Of a stretch of 24,001 bases of DNA, positions 18,101 to 24,001 are shown in pieces. The DNA is taken from the IMG/VR virus record IMGVR_UViG_3300017783_000210, positions 1 to 24,001 of that record; one strand, 5' to 3'. The stretch comes from a virus (lineage: Duplodnaviria; Caudoviricetes). The notes beneath the pieces are model-generated. The model was not told the DNA's origin. It searched no databases and saw only the letters and a list, made by a program, of their open reading frames with translations. Each line of letters opens with the position of its first letter. Positions within the stretch are counted from its first letter, which is position 1. The translations under genes and the position numbers were made by a program.

Positions 18101-21100
18101 CTTTTGAAGGGTCTGCTGGTAAGAAATTTATTACTTGCTTAGCATTCTCTGGAAATCCTACGATTGATTTGCTCCCTGGAGATGTCATCGAGTTTATTGA
18201 CTCAACTGGAGTATTGAGAAGAAATATTGTAGAATTAGTCACTCCTCCAAGTGGATTAGTGAGAGGACAAATCTACTTAGACACTGCTCTAAAAGAAGAT
18301 GTTACTAATGCAACTATCGTTAGAAAGAGAAGTAAGATTACAAGTCCAGAAAACTCTTCACTTCTATTTCCACTAGGATTCAAGTCTGCTAGCAGTTTAA
18401 TTGAAGATAGTGATGATACAAAAATTAAATATTACATTCGTAGAGATTTCGTTACTACATCTTCTACATCTGGTGGTCAAATAACTTTCTCTGCTCAATT
18501 AAAGTTTGGCACACAGCAGTTTATTGATTTCAGAGAGAGCAATTTCTTGCTCACTATCTTAGACAAAGGAAATGCCGACACGGGTCTAGAAAATGGTGAT
18601 GTCATGTATATCACTGGGGGACAAGTTTCTGCATTGTCTTCTGGTGGTGTTTCCATTACCTTAGATAATCTAACCTTTAGGTCTGATGCTACTTCAGCAT
18701 CAAATGTTGTCTTAAAACTAACGGCAACTATTGAAGTTACTAAGGCATCACCAAAAACTAAAACTGCTATCAGAAACAAAAGAATCGTTGTCGTATCATC
18801 TGGGGATAAAGTAATTCCTTTAAGAGGATATGATTATGATGCAAAGACTGCTGATATAGTTTCGTATGCAGATGCATTTGGCACCTATGGCACTGATATT
18901 AAGGTCTTTGAGGGGTCTGTATCTAATCCACCTACTCTAGATGACCAAAACAATGTAATTGAAGGTTATGATGTAACTGAGAGATTTACTTTTGACAATG
19001 GTCAACGTGACACTTTCTATGATGTTGCACGTTTAGTATTAAAACCAGGTTTCGATGCTCCTACTGGTCAAGTTGTTATCGTATTCGATTACTTCGAGCA
19101 TTCTGCTGGTGATTTTTGCACAGTCGATTCATATCTACTAACTGGCGTCCCATCTACAGATATTCCATACTTCAATTCTCCTTCTCTAGGTAGAGTTTAT
19201 CTTGCAGACTTGGTTGACTTCCGTCCTAAGGTTGATGTGAATTCCATTATCACAGGATTCCAGAATAAGTCTCTGTTGTCTAGTAACAATACTATTTCAT
19301 TCAATGGGTCTGGTGGTATTCCTTCTGCAACACCCGCTCATGACGAGAATCTAGAATTCACTTTCGGATTCAATAGTAAACAGTATCTTGATAGAATTGA
19401 TGGTGTCTTCCTCAATAAGAAAGGAAACTTTATTGTTAAGAAAGGCAATTCTTCACTCAATCCATCTAAACCAGAATCTCCTGATGATGCGATTGCTCTA
19501 TACTATCTCTTCATTCCTGCATATACAGAAAATGTTAAGGATATCCGTGTAACACCTGTCGATAATCGTCGTTACACGATGCGTGATATTGGTAAGTTAG
19601 AGAAGCGTGTTGAGCGTCTAGAGTATTACACCACTCTAAGTATTCTTGAGCAGCAAACATTCAATACTCAGATTAAGGATAATATTGGTCTAGATAGATT
19701 CAAGTCTGGTATTATTGTAGATAACTTTGAGAATCATGCAATTGGCAACTTAAAGTCGTTTGACTATAAGTGCTCTATTGACACCCAACAGTCTGTATTA
19801 ACTTCTCCTACTGTAGAAAATTCTTACGGATTGAGAGAAATTTCTACTACCAATCAAGAAAGGTCTGTTGCTGGGTATGAAAGGACTGGTCATATCTTAA
19901 CTCTTCCTTATGCAACTCAAGATTTTGTTTCTAATAAGTTTGCAACAACAGATGGTAAGATTAATCCAAACCCATTCGTAGTTGTCCAATATGTTGGTGA
20001 TGCTGCTATCTCTCCATCTATTGACCACTGGTATGACAATACTCAGGCACCAAACATTCTGAATAATGACACCAAAGTATTCTCTGTATTTGTCAACAAA
20101 AATGACGCCAGAGAAGGTTATGCAAGTCTCAATAACTTCTACATTACTAACTGGGTTGGCACGAATAGAGCATTCTTCAACATTAGCTCTTTAAATGATA
20201 TTACAACCAACACTGAAACAAATGTTGTAGCAGCAACTATCTCCACTTCATCAAATATTAGTCCACAAAATAATGAAGTTGGAAAGGGCATCACTACTGT
20301 GAATAATGGTGATAGCATCGTTGCTTCTTCTTTACAACTTTATGCTAGGTCTAAGGCAATTAAATTTACTTTAAGAAGACTTAAGCCTAATACAAAATTC
20401 TATGCTTTCATTGACGGTAGAGGCGTATCTCGTTATATTTGTCAAGATGTTAGATTCACTGGTATTCCTGCTAATTCATTAGGTCCATTTGGCGTAAATG
20501 CTGATGGGTCTGCAATTAAGTCTGACGCTAACGGTGATGCTAGTGGTCTCTTGATTTTCCCAGCAGGTCCTGCTCCACTACAAAATGCTACTTGGCCAGG
20601 TGATATTAACAGTGTTGCATATGAGTCTGAAGGAGAAGAATTAAACTTCACTACTGGTATTAAGACAATTAGATTTACTACAAGTGATGAAGATGATAAT
20701 GATTCTAGCGTAGATAGTTTCGCTGAGTGTAAGTATTACTGCACTGGCACATTCCCCAAACAACCATCTGCAATCATCTCAACAATTCCTTCATTCTTGA
20801 AAGGTTCTGAAGGTATTCAATTTATTGATAACGCATCCACACAAGCAAAACCAAGTCCCCTATCTCAAACATTCCGTGTTGAAAATATGGATGGTGGTTG
20901 TTTTGTCACAGGTGTTGACCTCTTCTTTGCAGAGAAAAGTGCTTCACTACCTATTCGTGTATACTTAACAGATACCAACTCTGGAAAACCAGGCACATAT
21001 GTCGTCCCAGGCACAGAAATTGTCAAGTCTTCAGACACGTACTTGAAGATTTTTACTAGTGGAAGTCTTGATATATTAATTAATGAAACAATCTCTGGTT

Positions 21101-23655
21101 TCAATTCAGGAGTTAAGGGTGTAGTTAAAGAAGTCATTGACCAAAACGGCAATCAACTTCTCCCAACTCTACAGAATACGGTGAGAGTTAATAACGACCA
21201 AATTTATACATTAGTATTATCAAATTATACAAGTCTAGATGGGTCTCCTTTCCAGCAGAATGAAAATCTAGCAATTCCATCGTTGATTACACAAAACACA
21301 CTAGATAACACTAGTTTGACAGTAACTATTGCTAAGGATTCTGGTAGAATTGTTGCTCTCAATATTACTGATTATGGCGAAGGATATGATTCAGCAACAT
21401 TAGTTATTCAAAGTCCCCAACTTCCTGGTGGCAGTGTTGCAACAGCAAATGTATTCATCTCAAATGGTGAAGTATTTGACACATCCATCCTCTTAGAAGG
21501 GTCTGGTTATACTGACGCTCCTTCTATTATTTTAAGACCTAATGGGTCTATTAGTAGAGAAGCAGTAATCGTACCTATTATTGAGATTGACACTCCCTCT
21601 GTGAGAATGGGTGTTTCTATTGACCCACAAGATGGACAAACTTTAGATTCAGTATCACCAACTAGATTCGCATTTGACCATCCAATCTATCTACAAAATA
21701 ACACTGATTATGCATTAGGGATTGAAACTGATTCTACTGACTACAGAGTTTGGTCTTCTAGACTAGGTGAAACGGATATCTCTACTTCACAAACTATCAC
21801 ACAGCAACCTCTACTTGGGTCTGTATACAGGTCACAGAATGTTGATGCATGGACAGAAGACTTAAGTCAAGATATTAAGTTTGTGATGAAGAGAGCAGTA
21901 TTTGTTACTGATACTCCTGCAAATATTAGATTGACTAATGAAGAGTTGGGATATGAATTGTTGGATGCCAATCCTATTCAAACAGATGCTTCATCCAACG
22001 ATAGTGCAGATTCGCCTCTATTCAGAAATAATAATAAAATTATTAAAGTTAGTCAGCAAAACTCTGGTTTTGAAGATTCTGGTAAGTCGTATGTCACTTT
22101 CCGCCAGTCAGTTGATGTTGGCGGTATTGAAGGAGAATATATCAATTCCACGTTATTTGAAGTAAGTAACTCGGGATTAAATTCTTATAATATTGTTTCT
22201 AATCTAGGTGCTGGGTCCAGCACATTCGGTGGTGGCAATACTGTCCTAGCATCTTACAACAGAAAGTATGAAAAACTATATCCAAGAATTGGATATCTTT
22301 CATTCAGTGAGACGCCATTCAATGTAGGGGTTAAAACTACTAATATTATCCCTCAAGATTCACCTGGGGAAAATTTTGTTTCATATTCACAAACTGACTA
22401 CGAGACAACATTCTTGAATGAAGAGCATTTCTTTGATAATCAAAAAGTCATCGCTTCTACATTCAATGAAGTTAAAAATAATCTCGACGAATCTTTAGAG
22501 TATAAGTTTACTTTCTCAACTGGAAAAGATAACTTATCACCTGTTATTGACCTAAGGTCTTCATCTGTTAAAGTTATATCTACTCAAATTGATAAACCAA
22601 AAGGTAATGAAGTAAGATTTGGCAGAAGATTTAAGTTACTTTCTTTCTATCCTGTTTACAAGTTTAAGGTTACTAATCTTCCTGTTGACCAGGCAGGCGA
22701 CCCAATCATTCCAACAGTAGACCAAAGTGTTACTGGTGATACATCAAATTGCCGTGGTGATATCATTAAGGTAGTTGGGTCTTTAGTTTATGTTAAAGTT
22801 AAAAATAGCAGTGTATTCCAAGCAGGTGAAATTCTAACATTCGGTGTCCAAGCTTACACTGCCGTTGCTGTCTCTCCAGATGGCATTACTAGAGTTGTAA
22901 GTAACTTCACTCCAGATACACAGGTAGAAGTCTACCAAGAAAATCTTTCTGATAGATTCAACACAGAAATCTATGGCACCATTATTTCTTGGGATGAAAA
23001 ATCTGAAACTCTTATAGTTTTAGAAGAGAAGGCACCAATTGATGGTGATTACACATCCCCAGCAACTAGTAATTTTGCTAGAAACTCTTCTAATGGTGGT
23101 GATAATCAAGTAAGTGATATTATTAGAGTGGGTGATAATTTGTGGCATCAAAATATTTCACCAGCAGATGCTACTGACTTGAATGAATCTGTTGCTGGAT
23201 TTGTTGAAGTTTCTTCTATAGATTATTCTTCTGGAGTAAGTTTCACATCTGATACCACTTCCAAGAATAGCACTTCTTTATCTAAATATGTTACTAAAGA
23301 AGTAACACTTGCAAATCCAGCAACAACGATTGAAGTTAGGTTGTCTGCAAACATGGCAGACCAAGACGATGTTGAGGTATATTACAAATCAAAACCTGTA
23401 AACTCTCAACTAGTCTTTGATGATATTGAATGGGTTGCATTTAATGGTAGTGGAATGCCAGATATTGAGGTCATTCCTTCTAATGAGGCAGCTATTTCTG
23501 GACTGTTTGAATCGCAGTCTTCATATAAAGAGCACAAGTACACTGTTTCTGATTTGAGTGAATTTGCTTCGTTTGCTGTGAAGATTGTTATGAAAGCATC
23601 GAATCCCTGTTATACTCCTAAAATTCAAGACGCGAGAATCATAGCGGCATACTGA
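15151..23655 (+). CDS. Giant virion structural protein, VrlC-like / DUF4815 domain (2834 aa)
   Basis: N-terminal YNDDFD..KNFYKVLFRPGYSIQSRELTTLQSILQNQI, APGAHRL, LARRTYDESGDY, GKAYVRGYEI and RRYTMRDIGKLEKRVERLEYYTTLS...DRFKSG..VDNF motifs. This is the usual position after gp8 in cyanomyoviruses. Confidence 0.85.
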   Translation: MPQNTNLNTKEYNDDFDASKNFYKVLFRPGYSIQSRELTTLQSILQNQIEQFGKYQFKQGQQVIPGEVSFNNRLNYVKLASVSEVAENVGGEVVFNKYDIKDLISYTLTGLTSGVQAIVIEAAYGSETESDTIFVNYISGGNDSESTFRQGEELEVNIANSPILTVGTDGSSLPSSITSVNPDTLEATLIDSPAMGYASAIKVETGIYFVNGFFVQCAENLLVVDKYYSQPSAKVGFEIEEELITPEKDITLYDNARGSSNFSAPGAHRLQINLNLKALGLDADTGDNFIELITLRLGVIQKKINKKEYNVLEDTLARRTYDESGDYVVDNFPIELREYWQRSGNQGLYPTRIDDTVGPQALSKEDAEAKLVSGIGSGKAYVRGYEIINKETKFLEVDKARDVLVKENNKIKAYGLPSFNITNVYGTIPLNSEGTQLSSYPTVYFSRVFNDGYLGYNGDSGTRKTVGRRGLPLKSTAKTNLIHDYGVKTIYLKAKSPAADYSAILGTRLWYVSDLAESLAGTAVDYVDVIGFSQLTRPDDIGGEIYLELTVLGNKRDLESKFLEFDNGDFIPLALPNTGADAKRRQVFTRSQGNPTDDGAFRSQNYYFQESGTQVQVSDLQFEVRVENGVNKYIAKVTTVTDHGLVAGNTITVAGAIPSTYNSTGAVVLANALASKYFEYEIQADPGSVASGNIILTVPVSASNLIFPYGEVVDYSEIITPIIGICKPKDISLVERGAGFNQETDKILSKGRDAAGNGVYNSTFKMEYFNPVFFTKLILDSPVTTGYAAGNYITGQTSGAYAVIEGSADSSYSSFNTLHVRMISGTFAGGETIVDESGNVLRIAKDNTISHFIVTKRGSQYTQTTSAASTKPLSIDGKLFDVSVAKPVLIGGQVINIEIQDRKALSDEYVATPSVIVSFDSGTPPSTSAVVKAVLFKNTVMTYTNESVKSLFSEFGDGEINKFTADVESFNGAYSTSKDVTASTFEGSAGKKFITCLAFSGNPTIDLLPGDVIEFIDSTGVLRRNIVELVTPPSGLVRGQIYLDTALKEDVTNATIVRKRSKITSPENSSLLFPLGFKSASSLIEDSDDTKIKYYIRRDFVTTSSTSGGQITFSAQLKFGTQQFIDFRESNFLLTILDKGNADTGLENGDVMYITGGQVSALSSGGVSITLDNLTFRSDATSASNVVLKLTATIEVTKASPKTKTAIRNKRIVVVSSGDKVIPLRGYDYDAKTADIVSYADAFGTYGTDIKVFEGSVSNPPTLDDQNNVIEGYDVTERFTFDNGQRDTFYDVARLVLKPGFDAPTGQVVIVFDYFEHSAGDFCTVDSYLLTGVPSTDIPYFNSPSLGRVYLADLVDFRPKVDVNSIITGFQNKSLLSSNNTISFNGSGGIPSATPAHDENLEFTFGFNSKQYLDRIDGVFLNKKGNFIVKKGNSSLNPSKPESPDDAIALYYLFIPAYTENVKDIRVTPVDNRRYTMRDIGKLEKRVERLEYYTTLSILEQQTFNTQIKDNIGLDRFKSGIIVDNFENHAIGNLKSFDYKCSIDTQQSVLTSPTVENSYGLREISTTNQERSVAGYERTGHILTLPYATQDFVSNKFATTDGKINPNPFVVVQYVGDAAISPSIDHWYDNTQAPNILNNDTKVFSVFVNKNDAREGYASLNNFYITNWVGTNRAFFNISSLNDITTNTETNVVAATISTSSNISPQNNEVGKGITTVNNGDSIVASSLQLYARSKAIKFTLRRLKPNTKFYAFIDGRGVSRYICQDVRFTGIPANSLGPFGVNADGSAIKSDANGDASGLLIFPAGPAPLQNATWPGDINSVAYESEGEELNFTTGIKTIRFTTSDEDDNDSSVDSFAECKYYCTGTFPKQPSAIISTIPSFLKGSEGIQFIDNASTQAKPSPLSQTFRVENMDGGCFVTGVDLFFAEKSASLPIRVYLTDTNSGKPGTYVVPGTEIVKSSDTYLKIFTSGSLDILINETISGFNSGVKGVVKEVIDQNGNQLLPTLQNTVRVNNDQIYTLVLSNYTSLDGSPFQQNENLAIPSLITQNTLDNTSLTVTIAKDSGRIVALNITDYGEGYDSATLVIQSPQLPGGSVATANVFISNGEVFDTSILLEGSGYTDAPSIILRPNGSISREAVIVPIIEIDTPSVRMGVSIDPQDGQTLDSVSPTRFAFDHPIYLQNNTDYALGIETDSTDYRVWSSRLGETDISTSQTITQQPLLGSVYRSQNVDAWTEDLSQDIKFVMKRAVFVTDTPANIRLTNEELGYELLDANPIQTDASSNDSADSPLFRNNNKIIKVSQQNSGFEDSGKSYVTFRQSVDVGGIEGEYINSTLFEVSNSGLNSYNIVSNLGAGSSTFGGGNTVLASYNRKYEKLYPRIGYLSFSETPFNVGVKTTNIIPQDSPGENFVSYSQTDYETTFLNEEHFFDNQKVIASTFNEVKNNLDESLEYKFTFSTGKDNLSPVIDLRSSSVKVISTQIDKPKGNEVRFGRRFKLLSFYPVYKFKVTNLPVDQAGDPIIPTVDQSVTGDTSNCRGDIIKVVGSLVYVKVKNSSVFQAGEILTFGVQAYTAVAVSPDGITRVVSNFTPDTQVEVYQENLSDRFNTEIYGTIISWDEKSETLIVLEEKAPIDGDYTSPATSNFARNSSNGGDNQVSDIIRVGDNLWHQNISPADATDLNESVAGFVEVSSIDYSSGVSFTSDTTSKNSTSLSKYVTKEVTLANPATTIEVRLSANMADQDDVEVYYKSKPVNSQLVFDDIEWVAFNGSGMPDIEVIPSNEAAISGLFESQSSYKEHKYTVSDLSEFASFAVKIVMKASNPCYTPKIQDARIIAAY

Positions 23656-23867
23656 TGAATAATTTTGCAAAGGTAGAAGGTCATGATGACCTCTACCGTG
23701 ATAACACTACTGGTGCCATAATAAATACAGATAAAAGTATATTTAACCATACTAAAAAATCTACCTCTGCTTCGGGTCTTATCAAAAACCTTCAGACAGA
23801 TGTAGAAACTTTAAAAAGTGAATTGTCTGAAATTAAACATCTTCTACGAGAAATAGCTGGTAAGTAA
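23655..23867 (+). CDS. Small conserved phage protein (70 aa) with C-terminal coiled coil
   Basis: KVEGHDDLYRD..TGAIIN.D motif and heptad LQTDVETLKSELSEIKHLL. Coupled on both sides (TGATG, TAATG). Confidence 0.8.
   Translation: MNNFAKVEGHDDLYRDNTTGAIINTDKSIFNHTKKSTSASGLIKNLQTDVETLKSELSEIKHLLREIAGK
23721..23727 (+). promoter_or_regulatory. Possible gene-internal late promoter (ATAAATA)
   Basis: ATAATAAATA is formed by ATA-ATA-AAT-ACA codons about 140 nt upstream of the next structural gene. Confidence 0.4.
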
Positions 23868-24001
23868 TGGCACTAAGAAACGTCCCCAAAAGTTATACCT
23901 TTGACCAACAACGTCAGGAGATTAACACTCTCGCAGGCGATGTGGGTGATATCACTCAACTTGCTAGTGGTTTACCAAGTGTTGTTGCTGCTATCAACCA
24001 G
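23867..24001 (+). CDS. Probable tail fibre/structural protein, N-terminal fragment (3'-truncated)
   Basis: MALRNVPKSYTFDQQRQEINTLAGDVGDITQLASGLPSVVAAINQ..., open to the window end. The RNV...TF.QQR.EIN.L..DVG..VAAIN pattern resembles N-terminal anchors of T4-like fibre/fibritin-type proteins. Not in the ORF track. Confidence 0.7.
   Translation, partial: MALRNVPKSYTFDQQRQEINTLAGDVGDITQLASGLPSVVAAINQ

Noticed and set aside
6361-22165. Short alternative-frame and antisense ORFs nested in gp7, gp8 and the VrlC-like gene
   Set aside because: All are 60-95 aa with no motifs and are expected by-products of long, codon-biased ORFs.
98-23288. Other TAAATA matches (for example near 99, 1421, 15170 and 23283) as late promoters
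   Set aside because: Short AT-rich motif inside genes without supporting position or codon anomaly. Cannot be separated from chance.
4360-23655. Intein, intron, homing endonuclease or diversity-generating retroelement as the cause of the giant genes
   Set aside because: Frames are uninterrupted. I saw no intein splice motifs, LAGLIDADG/HNH/GIY-YIG signatures, reverse transcriptase or near-identical TR/VR DNA repeats.
1-24001. CRISPR array, tRNA or rRNA genes, tandem DNA repeats, alternative genetic code
   Set aside because: Intergenic gaps are under about 60 nt and I saw no such structures. The long ORFs read through under the standard code with TAA/TGA stops.

Overview
A 24 kb, AT-rich, densely coding segment of a T4-like (Tevenvirinae-style) myovirus. 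Gene content and order most resemble marine cyanomyoviruses. All credible genes are on the + strand. The first 2.1 kb is a cluster of small, mostly translationally coupled ORFs, four of them absent from the supplied ORF track, including an AbrB/MazE-like 52-aa protein and a basic 47-aa peptide ending KRYRGQGR. The cluster also holds a PAAR spike-tip gene and a DUF1415-like gene. The baseplate module follows: gp25, gp6, a 2938-aa gp7, gp8, a 2834-aa VrlC/DUF4815-like structural protein, a small conserved protein and the start of a probable fibre gene. T4-type late promoter motifs precede gp25 and gp8, and a sigma70-type promoter precedes the basic peptide. The least ordinary signal is compositional. 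GATC is almost absent (7 sites found by eye in 24 kb), GTAC, GAAC/GTTC and GGCC also look scarce, and synonymous codons are visibly chosen to avoid these motifs. This suggests long-term selection by a sequence-specific host defence or DNA modification system. No database searches or computed counts were possible, so family calls rest on motif recognition.
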